Source: a virus
IMG/VR virus record: IMGVR_UViG_3300050821_008386
Location: 67,761 to 131,760 of that record
Reading direction: 5' to 3' (one strand)
Length of the DNA stretch: 64,000 bases
Each line of letters starts with the position of its first letter. The stretch's first letter is position 1. The translations under genes and the position numbers were made by a program. The notes under the pieces were generated by a model. The model searched no databases and was not told the origin of the DNA. It saw only the letters and a program-made list of their open reading frames with translations. Below are positions 37,964-47,964 of the stretch, in pieces.

Positions 37964-40620
37964 ACCGCATCCCGAACGGTTACCTGATCGATCGCTGCAA
38001 AGTCTGGTGCGAACCGGATGGTCAATTCGTGGTCAGTAAAGGGTCCAAAGCGGAGTTTCCCGATCTCTCGACCTCCGATGGGCAACATTGGTTGAACCTT
38101 GAATCGTCTTTACGCCAGTTGATGCGGTCAGTGAACGAGAGTGAACGCGTCCAGATCCTGTTCTATACCGGGCACGAGTTTAATCAACCTCTCGATCGTT
38201 ATGACCAGAAGACAGGGGCATGCAGGATAGAAATCTGCCGCGAAATACGCGAAGAGGTGTCGACCTATTTCCGTGATCGGATGCTGAACCAGAGTCTCGT
38301 CAACGCCAACGTCGAGATTCACGTCTCCAGCAAGTTCAAAGCTAAATCGTCGATGTTCGAGGATGCATTTGACGTTGTCCGCCGGAACGTCGAAGAACGA
38401 GGCGATTATTTCGATATGGTGGTCCGAGGGTTGGGCGGTTCAACTCAGCCTTTGGAGGACCGAGGTCATTACAACGCTCTGATGCGGCATTGGAGTCCCG
38501 GCACACCGTGTGGCAAGACGGACGATATTGATCTCAGTTCGTGTTTGGAAGATCTGGTCAGGCGTTCAGATGTGGCACCGAGAAACGGCAGCCGGGAAAC
38601 CGCGCACGGCTTTTATCTGGACGGCAAATATGTCGGCGTTTTCGTCGTTAAAAAGATGCCAAACGCTACATGGCAAAAGACCATGCAACCTTTTGTCACG
38701 ATGGCGATTCCAGGGCTGCGGATTTGCCTCAATATGCGCAAACTCTCTTCATTGGCTGAAGAGATGCATGATGACAAACGGGATTCCACGCTCTCGAAAA
38801 ACGCTGATAGCGCACGGGCTGTAGCCGGGAGACTCAAACATTTTGATCGGATCGTTCGGTTACAGAAAAACGAGGTGATGCCGTTCGCCGCTCAATTAAT
38901 CATCAGCATTTATGCCGATTCACCAGATCAATTGGATAGCCGGATGAACGCGACTCGTGTGGCGCTCGAACATTGCGGATGCCAAGCGTTTAATCCTGCG
39001 CTGACCACGAGCTCAGTCGCTCTCTTTAATTGCTCGACACCGGGATACGGACCATGGACAGGCTACACACCTTACTGGCTCAAGATCGACGACATTCATC
39101 TGGCGCATATGTGCCCGGTGGGGTCGACGCCAACGGGTAAACTCGATCAAGCCGATTGGTTGGTTTGTGGTAACCAGAATAATCTGGTTGGGTTCCCGTT
39201 CTTTATCGGCAGCCAACCATCTGATCTCATCGTCATGGGGAGTAAAGGCGGCGGTAAAAGCGCTACTACCCAGTACATGCTGCTTCAGGGCGCCCATCAA
39301 TTCGGGTTCTTAGGGTTTATCGATGAAGGCGCCTCATGGATCGAGACGGCAAGTCTTTTGGATCCGACATCGCGCCCGATTATTGTCGGCTCAAATTCAG
39401 GGCACACCTTTAATCCACTGGATACAAAAGGACTCGCTAAATCGCCGCAGCATACACGCAGTGCAATTGCTCTGATTCAACTGTTGGCTGGCAGAAGCGA
39501 CGATAAAGATCGGGATGCTGATCAGGCAGCGTTGATATCGCAAACCGTCAAAGCCTTGTACGAACGCGAGTTCGCTTATTGGAAGGTCAGGAATCCCAAT
39601 GATTATTATCAAGCGTGCCGGATAGCGAATTTGGCGTTACGAACTGTGGGCGAACATTTCGTGGATGCCGTTCAATGGCTCAAAGAAATGAAGCGGACGT
39701 CCCCGGACAAATATCGCGAAATCGACGGTGCATTGTCCGAGTCCGATGCCATGGCGTTAGCGAACGATCGCGACCTGAGTCATTTCATCAGTGACGCAGC
39801 GTTTTCCATGTGGACGCCCGATATGTTCCCGACGCTCTTTCATCTATGGGACGAACTGAACGCTCGTAAACGCGAGAAAGGCGCGTCACCGCTCTACGGT
39901 CCTTTAGCTTCACGATTAGAGCAATGGTTAGCGAACGGCGATTACGGGCCGATCGTCGATGGCGCGTCCAATATCGATTTAGGCACCAAGTTCATCACGC
40001 CTGAGAGTCCTCTGAAAGTGGTCCACTTCGAACTCGGCGAGATGAACAAATCAGAAGCGCGATTGAAAGAGGTCTTAGGATTTCTCCTCGCTAACGAGAT
40101 GCGCGCAGTGGTGCAGAATATGCCGAGGGCGATCCGTAAAGGGGTGATCATCGAGGAAATGACCAGTTTCTTGCGAGTCCCTAATGCGCAGGAAATCGTC
40201 ATCGATTACTCCGAGCGGATGCGGAAATACAATTGCTGGTTGGGATACGTCTTTCAGCAATATTCAGGACTGCTCAAAGCCGACAAACAGGTGGCTGAAG
40301 CGATCGTGGGTAATTCCTTGGCAATGATGCTGATGATGAATAAAAACCCCGAAGACCTGATTGCCCTCAACGATTACGTGCGAATCCCTGAACCGATCCG
40401 GCAAGCCGTTCAACAGTTTCCGCCACCTGAAAGTCTCCGTGGACGTAAAGACGCTTATGCCGGGTGCGTTTACGTGGATAAATCAGGGGCCCGCCCGGAG
40501 TTCACGATCTGCCGGGTGATGATGAGTGAGAAAGTCGAAGCAATCACCAATTCAAGCGGCGACAGGTTCGACGCTAAACGCAAAGCACTGATGCAACCAA
40601 GAGAGATGGCTACCGTATGA
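37960..40620 (+). CDS. virB4: VirB4-family T4SS ATPase
   Basis: 886 aa; Walker A GSKGGGKS, FIDEGASW, TFNPLD, YGPIVDG, Walker B IIEE, RMRKYN..QQ. Confidence 0.88.
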   Translation: MNRIPNGYLIDRCKVWCEPDGQFVVSKGSKAEFPDLSTSDGQHWLNLESSLRQLMRSVNESERVQILFYTGHEFNQPLDRYDQKTGACRIEICREIREEVSTYFRDRMLNQSLVNANVEIHVSSKFKAKSSMFEDAFDVVRRNVEERGDYFDMVVRGLGGSTQPLEDRGHYNALMRHWSPGTPCGKTDDIDLSSCLEDLVRRSDVAPRNGSRETAHGFYLDGKYVGVFVVKKMPNATWQKTMQPFVTMAIPGLRICLNMRKLSSLAEEMHDDKRDSTLSKNADSARAVAGRLKHFDRIVRLQKNEVMPFAAQLIISIYADSPDQLDSRMNATRVALEHCGCQAFNPALTTSSVALFNCSTPGYGPWTGYTPYWLKIDDIHLAHMCPVGSTPTGKLDQADWLVCGNQNNLVGFPFFIGSQPSDLIVMGSKGGGKSATTQYMLLQGAHQFGFLGFIDEGASWIETASLLDPTSRPIIVGSNSGHTFNPLDTKGLAKSPQHTRSAIALIQLLAGRSDDKDRDADQAALISQTVKALYEREFAYWKVRNPNDYYQACRIANLALRTVGEHFVDAVQWLKEMKRTSPDKYREIDGALSESDAMALANDRDLSHFISDAAFSMWTPDMFPTLFHLWDELNARKREKGASPLYGPLASRLEQWLANGDYGPIVDGASNIDLGTKFITPESPLKVVHFELGEMNKSEARLKEVLGFLLANEMRAVVQNMPRAIRKGVIIEEMTSFLRVPNAQEIVIDYSERMRKYNCWLGYVFQQYSGLLKADKQVAEAIVGNSLAMMLMMNKNPEDLIALNDYVRIPEPIRQAVQQFPPPESLRGRKDAYAGCVYVDKSGARPEFTICRVMMSEKVEAITNSSGDRFDAKRKALMQPREMATV

Positions 40621-40958
40621 TGATTCCCCGAACCGCGATAATCTTCGCGCTCTTTACCGCCGGATGCGCGGCGCCGCGCCAGTATCAAGGATACCAAGTC
40701 GGGCGCGACTATTACGCGCACCTCGATTCTAAACAGAAAGAGGTCTTCGATGCCGGTGCCGAGTATGCTACCAACGATATGGTCCAGCGGGAGTACGACG
40801 TTGAACGCCGAGCGATGCGTCATGATCTGCCAGGTGCGCGGCAAACGACTCAATTAAACAAGAAAATCGTGCCCGTCTCCGTCGACAGTTATACCGGTCC
40901 AGACGGTGTCGAGCATGATGCCGGTTACAAGTTTATCGAACTGAATTCGGTCCAGTAG
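40617..40958 (+). CDS. T4SS-associated lipoprotein
   Basis: Lipobox TAGC after a hydrophobic leader; ATGA overlap. Confidence 0.7.
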   Translation: MMIPRTAIIFALFTAGCAAPRQYQGYQVGRDYYAHLDSKQKEVFDAGAEYATNDMVQREYDVERRAMRHDLPGARQTTQLNKKIVPVSVDSYTGPDGVEHDAGYKFIELNSVQ

Positions 40959-40964
40959 AAAAGA

Positions 40965-42170
40965 GTGAAACGGTCGTGGCTGATAGTTGGCGTTCTTTTG
41001 CTCTTCGTGGGTAGATGCGAAGCGATCTATCCAGTGTACGATGCCGCCAATTACGTTCAGAACGTGCTGAACTATATCAAAGCGGGATTGGCTTACGTTA
41101 AGGACGCAGAGATCGAGGTGAACACGAATTTGACCGTCCTTCATCAGATCACGCAGATAGAAAATGAGATCCTGGAACTAGAGAGAATGGGCGATCCGCG
41201 GGTCCTCATCAACCTTCCCGGCATCGAACAAATCGCTAAACTTCAGCAGATCGTTATCCAAGCCCAGATCGATATCGCCAAGATCCGGGCATTCGTCAGC
41301 GCGGCCGGGATACAGGACAACTGCGACTCGATCATGCGGGCATACGGGTTCAGTTCGTGGCACGGATTCACCAGCGGATGGGGAGTAAAGTATTCGTGCA
41401 CCGTACCGCTCCTGCAATTCTCAACGTCCGATTATCAGGCGGATTCATACGCTCAATCGCGCGTTCAACAGTTGATGACGCAAAAACAGGATCTGCTCGC
41501 GCAACGGGATATTGCGATTGCAGGACAGAAAGCGGCAACCGACGACACCACGAAAATGAGTTATGCCGCCCAGATAACCGCCCTGAACGGCGCTATTGCG
41601 GATCTCGATCAATCGATCAATCAAACACTGGCGTTAGCGAACATCCAAGTGCGGATGAACGGATCAGCGCAGAACGTTTTTAACGGTATGTCAGGGCTAC
41701 AGACCCTAGCGGCATTCCAGCAACAGGAAGAATACGGAATAACGGCATTGGGCGGCACACCAACAGGAACCGCCCCCGGCTTACAGACAAACGGTACAGT
41801 AGTCGGCAACTCCAGCGAGTTCGGCTACATCGATAACCCGGCAATCGGCGGCACGGGCGATCCTGGAACATCCGGTTCATGGGATGTCGGAGCCGGGGGT
41901 GCCAATATCGGGTCACAAAACTCAACCGGGATAAGTTTACCGCTGGCAACCGAAGTCGCGATGTTCGGTAGCGAATCCAATGCGCTCGGTCAGAATGTCA
42001 TGGTGACCAATAATGCGACGGGCGCTTCGACAGTAACACAGATTGTTGATGTTGGGCCCGGCCAGTCATCGGTCGCTAAAGGCAACATCGTAGATCTTAC
42101 GTACGGGACGGCAGCGGCCCTCGGGACTGAGGGAAAATCAACCAACGTAACAGTGAGCAAAGTTCAATGA
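40965..42170 (+). CDS. VirB5/TrbJ-like protein with C-terminal RlpA-like double-psi beta-barrel
   Basis: Signal peptide, PVYDAAN..QITQIEN coiled coil; VMVTN..TG..IVDVGP..IVDLT..AAALG. Confidence 0.65.
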   Translation: MKRSWLIVGVLLLFVGRCEAIYPVYDAANYVQNVLNYIKAGLAYVKDAEIEVNTNLTVLHQITQIENEILELERMGDPRVLINLPGIEQIAKLQQIVIQAQIDIAKIRAFVSAAGIQDNCDSIMRAYGFSSWHGFTSGWGVKYSCTVPLLQFSTSDYQADSYAQSRVQQLMTQKQDLLAQRDIAIAGQKAATDDTTKMSYAAQITALNGAIADLDQSINQTLALANIQVRMNGSAQNVFNGMSGLQTLAAFQQQEEYGITALGGTPTGTAPGLQTNGTVVGNSSEFGYIDNPAIGGTGDPGTSGSWDVGAGGANIGSQNSTGISLPLATEVAMFGSESNALGQNVMVTNNATGASTVTQIVDVGPGQSSVAKGNIVDLTYGTAAALGTEGKSTNVTVSKVQ

Positions 42171-42553
42171 TCAAGGAAGTCATAGCAGCAACCGCGCTTG
42201 CGTCGAGCGCATACGCCAGCGGCAGTTTGCCAGTGGCGCACGAGTATAATCCGGCAAAACATTCTGGTGAATACGTAGCAACGGTCACTCGAGGCGGCCA
42301 ATCAGCGCAGGTCGAGGTCAAGGTATTCGGCCAGGAAGACGTGATCGCCGCACGCCTCGCCGGCGTGGCGCTGACAAGAGGATATCCGAACCATGCGCCA
42401 GCTGCCGAGATGGAAGCAGTGGTCAGGCAGAAAGCGATCGAACGCTGCGGTAACGATGAGGATATGGTCAGGATGTTCGTCAATGATGCCCGTGTTGCTT
42501 ATATCACCCGGATGCGGGCGCTGAACGCCAAGACGGGATTGAGTATCCGATGA
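42167..42553 (+). CDS. Exported hypothetical protein
   Basis: Signal-peptide-like N-terminus; ATGA overlap. Confidence 0.55.
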   Translation: MIKEVIAATALASSAYASGSLPVAHEYNPAKHSGEYVATVTRGGQSAQVEVKVFGQEDVIAARLAGVALTRGYPNHAPAAEMEAVVRQKAIERCGNDEDMVRMFVNDARVAYITRMRALNAKTGLSIR

Positions 42554-42984
42554 AGATCGCGGCAAAACCGACTCGCTATAACGGCGTCGAATTCAAGTCA
42601 CGTCTTGAGGCGCGTTTTGCCGAGATGCTCACGCACAAGCGGATGTTATGGGAGTACGAACCTCTTTCTACTTGGTTCGGGACGTATCAGCCAGATTTCT
42701 ACCTCCGCCATATGGGACACCAAGGCTTGTACGTCGAGATCAAACCTCGGGAATATATCGCAGAATTACAGATGTTCTGGAACGCCATATGGTCCGCTCC
42801 GGCGCCGTGGGTCTGCATAGATAAAGCGCATGGATTCCGAGATCAATGGGTGATAATTCAAGGTAACAGCAGGTTCAAAAGCGGGCTGCAGTTCTCTTCT
42901 GTCACCGTTCCTGTGAGTTTCAAGTCCTCCGGCGATCTCCATTACTTGGAAATAGAGACGGAAGGACTCCTCTATTCGCCATAA
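42550..42984 (+). CDS. Phage-type PD-(D/E)XK nuclease
   Basis: YNGVEFKSRLEARFA, WEYEP, YQPDFYL, YVEIKP. Confidence 0.82.
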   Translation: MKIAAKPTRYNGVEFKSRLEARFAEMLTHKRMLWEYEPLSTWFGTYQPDFYLRHMGHQGLYVEIKPREYIAELQMFWNAIWSAPAPWVCIDKAHGFRDQWVIIQGNSRFKSGLQFSSVTVPVSFKSSGDLHYLEIETEGLLYSP

Positions 42985-42989
42985 AAACC

Positions 42990-43013
42990 TTGACTGTGCT
43001 TGCGATAGCATGG
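42990..43013 (+). promoter_or_regulatory. Internal promoter with operator
   Basis: TTGACT immediately followed by GTGCT-TGCGAT-AGCAT; 17 bp identical to 60493-60509. Confidence 0.6.
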
Positions 43014-43032
43014 TAGACGCAATGCAAATCCG

Positions 43033-43992
43033 ATGACTAACCAGTTCTTACAGGCCATCTTTCCCGGGTTCAGCGCGGGCCTCCAATCCCTCCACAACGT
43101 CCTGATAGGGCCTGCGGCGTTGATCTGTATCGCTGGCATGTACCTACGGCTTCTGAAAGCCGGAGCGTCCACAAACGAAGTCTACGACGTTCTGGTGCGT
43201 GTTGGATTAGTCGTTGTGGTCATCAGCCAGGTGTACACGATTGGCGATATCCTCGTCCAACTGGCGACTGATCTGGTGACAGCTACCGGATGGAAAATCG
43301 ATCAGAACATGTGGCAGGATTATACGGTCGCCGTGATGACCAAATACAATCCGGTCACCCAACCCGGCAACAATAACCCGCTCCAGTTTTTTTCGAACGC
43401 GTTTCAGGGGGCGTGGATTGGCGCATGGGCCACGTTCGTCTATGGATTCTCCATTTTCGCTTCTGGACTGATGATGCTCTCGCGACTTCTGCAATCGATC
43501 CTGATTAATGTTGAGATGGGACTATCTCCCTTGTTCCTCGCGGCGATCGTGGTGCCGTCGCTTGTCACCCTCGCAACGCGTTGGGGTACAACGTTTATAG
43601 CTCTCTGCATGTGGACCGTGGGGTTTGCCATTGCGGACCTCGGCACCAAAGGATTTATGGATTTAGCGGTTAATCCCGGCAATAACGCAGTGCTTGGCGC
43701 GGCCAACGCTGTCGGTGCGTCCACGATGCTTTGGGTTTTCATGGGATTGTGGATCTGTTTCGTCTCGGTGATGGGACCGATACTGATCTGGAAAGCCATC
43801 GTGAGTAACGGCAGTCACGGTCTGCACATGATCCCCATGGCGATGATGGGCGCGGTATTCGCCGGAACCGCGATGGCAAAAGGCGCGATCGGCAACGTTG
43901 CGGCAGGTGGCAACGCCGCAGTGACACTCAGTTCGCCTCCCGCTTCTCGTAACGGCGTTGTCCGTCCCGGCTTTGCTAATTCACGACCATGA
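43033..43992 (+). CDS. virB6: VirB6/TrbL-like polytopic membrane protein
   Basis: ~7 TM segments, LSPLFLA..LATRW, Gly/Ala-rich tail. Confidence 0.75.
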   Translation: MTNQFLQAIFPGFSAGLQSLHNVLIGPAALICIAGMYLRLLKAGASTNEVYDVLVRVGLVVVVISQVYTIGDILVQLATDLVTATGWKIDQNMWQDYTVAVMTKYNPVTQPGNNNPLQFFSNAFQGAWIGAWATFVYGFSIFASGLMMLSRLLQSILINVEMGLSPLFLAAIVVPSLVTLATRWGTTFIALCMWTVGFAIADLGTKGFMDLAVNPGNNAVLGAANAVGASTMLWVFMGLWICFVSVMGPILIWKAIVSNGSHGLHMIPMAMMGAVFAGTAMAKGAIGNVAAGGNAAVTLSSPPASRNGVVRPGFANSRP

Positions 43993-44168
43993 GAAAACCA
44001 ATCCAGCTAACGTCCACATCACAGATATCGAAGGGAACGGGAGAAATCGTCACCACGTTATTCGCGTTGTCGGATGACGGTAAAATGTTCGTCTTAAAAA
44101 AGGGAGAGAAAGAATGGGAATGGATGGAAGTCCCCCCGCTCCCGCAACCGGCAGGACCAGAGTTGTGA
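43989..44168 (+). CDS. Small phage-type protein (59 aa, not in ORF track)
   Basis: Hand translation MRKPIQL..LFALSDDGKMF..WMEVPPLPQ; ATGA overlap. Confidence 0.6.
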   Translation: MRKPIQLTSTSQISKGTGEIVTTLFALSDDGKMFVLKKGEKEWEWMEVPPLPQPAGPEL

Positions 44169-44253
44169 AAGCAATGAAAACGATCCTCTTAATTTACTTT
44201 GCTCTCTCCGTCGTTGAAGCATTCCTCAAACTCTACGTGGCCTTGGCTGCAAA

Positions 44254-44589
44254 ATGACAAAGCCGCACGAATTACACCTGCCGCCGCATGACGACATGAT
44301 CACTCTGTGGTCCGGGGACCATTACACCGTAGCCCTGCACCAAGACGGGTTTATCCTCGCCGTCTATCTTGCGTGGTCACTGATTGGTCTGGCAGTCTAT
44401 CTATTCGGTCACGGACTAGCGCCGCGTCCACGCACTCTCTTAGGTTTATTCTGCGGGCCGGGTGCGTGGATTGCCGCCGGGTACAAATGTTATCACTTGG
44501 AAAAGCATCGGCGCGACGCGCTTCCACCACCTCTGCCGAAGCTCAAACCGCCTCCACTAAGACATTGGGAATTCAAGCCAAGGAACTAA
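44254..44589 (+). CDS. Membrane protein
   Basis: Two hydrophobic segments, LFCGPGAW, Pro-rich tail. Confidence 0.55.
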   Translation: MTKPHELHLPPHDDMITLWSGDHYTVALHQDGFILAVYLAWSLIGLAVYLFGHGLAPRPRTLLGLFCGPGAWIAAGYKCYHLEKHRRDALPPPLPKLKPPPLRHWEFKPRN

Positions 44590-45228
44590 ATGAGCGCAAT
44601 CGGAAATAAGATCAGGTCAGCATCTAAAAGCGCCAAACTATGGGCGACGCTCTTCGTTGTTTACGTGTTTGCCAGAGAAGGCATCGGCGCATGGCAACTC
44701 TATGATGCCACTCATTCCGCCTTGCGCGGATTTGTGGTTAACGATGAGACTTATTACGTCGGTCACGCTGACCCGGTTCTCCAGCAACGCGAAACGCATA
44801 TCCGTCTGGCGAAAACCGCAGCGATCGCAATGTACGGACGCAACCCGTACGGACTGGATCAGATGGAAACCTTGACCCGGATATTCAGTACGCCATGCCA
44901 GAAATTGATTCTGCAACACGTTGGGGATGACGCGGGAACATTCGCTTCATCCAGTATGAGTCAGGATTTCAAGCCGGATCGACCGATCATCGAAGTTGCC
45001 CGTGATAATACCTCTTGCACCATGCTGGTCGAAGGCGACGTGGTTCAGGTACGAGTTGAGCACGGAGTATCGATCCCTGATTCAAAACCGATGCGCCTCG
45101 TTTTTCGCTTGGAACGCAATGCAAGATTCGGTGAAGACGGGAAATTCCCGATGGTGGTCACCAAATTCACTGCGGACTACATCAAAGAGCATTCCCCTGA
45201 AACCCACACTGTAGCGGACACCAAATAA
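44590..45228 (+). CDS. VirB8/TrbF-like protein
   Basis: Single N-terminal TM then ~170 aa NTF2-sized domain; lies between VirB6- and VirB9-like genes. Confidence 0.6.
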   Translation: MSAIGNKIRSASKSAKLWATLFVVYVFAREGIGAWQLYDATHSALRGFVVNDETYYVGHADPVLQQRETHIRLAKTAAIAMYGRNPYGLDQMETLTRIFSTPCQKLILQHVGDDAGTFASSSMSQDFKPDRPIIEVARDNTSCTMLVEGDVVQVRVEHGVSIPDSKPMRLVFRLERNARFGEDGKFPMVVTKFTADYIKEHSPETHTVADTK

Positions 45229-46206
45229 ATGAATCCCCGAACAATCAGGCGAGCGTGGGTCATCACCCTCCTCGTTCTCGCGACGATCTTGTTGATAACG
45301 GATTTGTCGTTCTCGCAAGGTATCTCCACTAAACCCATTAACCCGAAACTGCCGACGCGAATCACCTTAAGCAGGGCCACAAGCACCACTATTTTGTTTC
45401 CTTCACAGTTTTCAGGGGTCTACGCGCTAGGGCTCGTTTTCAAAGATAAAGACACCAAGGGCAACTTGGTCGGGACAGTCCAAGGATGGTACGAAACGCA
45501 GCGACCCACGCCGATTCTGATCCTGCATTCATTAGTCGATAATCTCGACACGTTCATGACCGTCTATATGAACGATCAACTCTACACATTCGAACTGGTT
45601 ACAGGTCCGTATCCTGATGTGTCACTGACACTGACCAGCGGTAACGCGCCAGCGTCTTCAACGAAACTTCCCGAGATCGATGAGGACACTGTGGTCAAGA
45701 TGCGTCCACGATACGAACCGCAACTGTTAGCTGACATCATGGATCTGGCGCGAGAAGCGCCGTTAATCAAAGCGAGTTATCCAGAAGCGTACGCGGGATA
45801 CTCTGAGCGCAACGATATCCCGTACATCTCGGATGACGGTTTCGTACGTACCACAGTCACCCTGATTCAGAAGTTCAGCGATCGGGACGCTATCGTGATC
45901 AGCGGGAAAGCGGAGAACCTGACAAATACTCCTGTTCCATTTGATACCGCCCATGTCAGCATGGCAGTTGGCACTGTCCTGAAACCGATCACGGTTCTTA
46001 CTCCGACACGACCGATTCCGGCCAATAAAGCGGTTAATTTTACCGCGATCACAATAGGGGATGTCGGAGGCGGTCGCGCTGATATTGCGCTGGCAAACGA
46101 GTTCAGGTTGATCGTCGATTCAGGACATCATTCGGCACCCAGTGAGCCAACAGTCCCGGTCTTGCCTCCCGCGCCGCTCCTGCCACCGAAAGGATCCGTA
46201 AAATGA
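45229..46206 (+). CDS. VirB9/TraK-like outer-membrane core protein
   Basis: Signal peptide, ITLSRATSTTILFPS, beta-rich; precedes virB10. Confidence 0.6.
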   Translation: MNPRTIRRAWVITLLVLATILLITDLSFSQGISTKPINPKLPTRITLSRATSTTILFPSQFSGVYALGLVFKDKDTKGNLVGTVQGWYETQRPTPILILHSLVDNLDTFMTVYMNDQLYTFELVTGPYPDVSLTLTSGNAPASSTKLPEIDEDTVVKMRPRYEPQLLADIMDLAREAPLIKASYPEAYAGYSERNDIPYISDDGFVRTTVTLIQKFSDRDAIVISGKAENLTNTPVPFDTAHVSMAVGTVLKPITVLTPTRPIPANKAVNFTAITIGDVGGGRADIALANEFRLIVDSGHHSAPSEPTVPVLPPAPLLPPKGSVK

Positions 46207-47405
46207 GAGCGTTTTTAAAGAACGTCTTCTCGCAAAAAGGCGCGGTCGGACTGGCTATTTGTCTGGTGGGCATCTGGCTGATTCATAACGCGCTAGTAAC
46301 CCGAGAACATAACGCGCAAATGGCGGACGCTAAACGGCCAAAACAACCGTTAGCGCAGACTAATCCGAGTACGGTAGTTAATCCCGCAGTCGCGCAACCT
46401 GCGGTGATTGCGGACGGGAAAGAGCGGACCGGCCTTAACTATCATGCCAACGTCGAACAACCGATCGTGATCGAACCGGAAGCGACGCCGCAACCGAAAG
46501 TCGAAGATCTGCCGCCGATGGTCTTATGCGATTTCCCGGTGCCGACACCGACACCGTCACCGACTCCGAGCGCTCCCAAAGCGCAACGTCTCAAGCGCTG
46601 GTTGCCGCGTGGAGTCTATTTCCGAGTCGAGACACAAGGTGCCTTGATGTCTTCGCACATGGATACTCCCGTGCAGGTCAAGGTGACCGAAGACGTCTAT
46701 CAATGGGACGGCGGCCGTTCTGAATTGATTATTCCCGCCGGGACAAGGTGCAGCGCGTGGGCTACGCAAGGTTACACCCGTGATCGCCTTGAGGTAAAAG
46801 GCGACTGGATAATGGTGTTCCCGACAAACGGGTTCGAGTTGGAGTTCACCGGGATACTTTGCGAACAGGAATTTGACCCGCAACTGAACCAGTTCGGCAA
46901 GTTCGATAAGACAGCAGGGTTATTAGGCAAACTGATCGAGAGCGACGGTTATGTGCGGTTGAAAGCGGCGTTGGGCCTTGTTCTCCAGACGGCAGCGGAT
47001 AGCGCCAGTTCGTTCGCGTCCAGTGCGCTTCAGACCTCGATGCGCGGAGGGACAAGCGTCAGTTATAACGTTCCGTCGACTACACCATTCACCAACGAAT
47101 GGATCGAGCAACTGGTTAACGGCCATCATACGGCGATCAATGATACCCTCTACGTGCTGGTCCCGTCAGGGCATCAGGGATGGATCTTCACCACTTCAGT
47201 CATCGATCCTGACGTAGCCTCTATCGGGGCACGGATACAGGAAGAAGAAAAAGCCCGTAAACAGCGGGAAGAACAGCAGTACGAACGTACACAAAGCCCG
47301 GTCGATGCCGTTCTCCTTAAGCGCCTTCAGCAACCCGCCGAACAAACCCAAATCGATCCATTATCCAATGAACAGAAACCTGTTTCTGCCGCTCATTTTA
47401 ATTAG
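46203..47405 (+). CDS. virB10: VirB10/TrbI-like protein
   Basis: TM anchor, Pro-rich linker, LPRG..PVQVKVTEDVY..LIIPAGT..RDR..AGLLG..VLVPSG. Confidence 0.78.
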   Translation: MRAFLKNVFSQKGAVGLAICLVGIWLIHNALVTREHNAQMADAKRPKQPLAQTNPSTVVNPAVAQPAVIADGKERTGLNYHANVEQPIVIEPEATPQPKVEDLPPMVLCDFPVPTPTPSPTPSAPKAQRLKRWLPRGVYFRVETQGALMSSHMDTPVQVKVTEDVYQWDGGRSELIIPAGTRCSAWATQGYTRDRLEVKGDWIMVFPTNGFELEFTGILCEQEFDPQLNQFGKFDKTAGLLGKLIESDGYVRLKAALGLVLQTAADSASSFASSALQTSMRGGTSVSYNVPSTTPFTNEWIEQLVNGHHTAINDTLYVLVPSGHQGWIFTTSVIDPDVASIGARIQEEEKARKQREEQQYERTQSPVDAVLLKRLQQPAEQTQIDPLSNEQKPVSAAHFN

Positions 47406-47964
47406 CACCCTTGCCGGATGCGCCCAGCAACAAACCAAGACCCGCGAAATAACCGTGGTCAAACTGGATAAACTGCCAGCGTCCGCCAAAAAGAAAGGGC
47501 CAACCCAAAAGTTCACTGCGCAAGTCAACCTGACACCGGGCAAACTCAAGCCGCGGATGGTCGAGATCTATGATATCGGTCCAACCGTCGACAGCGACGG
47601 GAACCTTGTCGGTGAACACAAATATTACAAGGTGGTGGAGACTGAACGCTGGACTTATATCCCCCATACGCCGGCCACATTCCCGGCGTTCAAACAGGGT
47701 AAACCGAAAGTACAAGAGGCGGATGCGGTCGATCAAGCCAAGCGGGTGATGGAAGAGCTCAAAGCGGCGACCGCACAAGCCCGAAGTCAGATGCCTGCGG
47801 TTCAACCCGTAGCTAATCCCGGTCCAGGCGGAAACGCGACAGCAGAAGCACCGTTACCACAGACTGAAGGATTATCCCCGGTCCAGAGCGAGGTGGACAC
47901 CGCTCTTTCTCCTGAGAGGCAACAGGCGCTTAAAACGTTCGATCAACAGGCGCAGCAACCGTGA
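47368..47964 (+). CDS. T4SS-associated lipoprotein; start moved to 47368
   Basis: MNRNLFLPLILISTLAGC lipobox. Confidence 0.7.
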   Translation: MNRNLFLPLILISTLAGCAQQQTKTREITVVKLDKLPASAKKKGPTQKFTAQVNLTPGKLKPRMVEIYDIGPTVDSDGNLVGEHKYYKVVETERWTYIPHTPATFPAFKQGKPKVQEADAVDQAKRVMEELKAATAQARSQMPAVQPVANPGPGGNATAEAPLPQTEGLSPVQSEVDTALSPERQQALKTFDQQAQQP

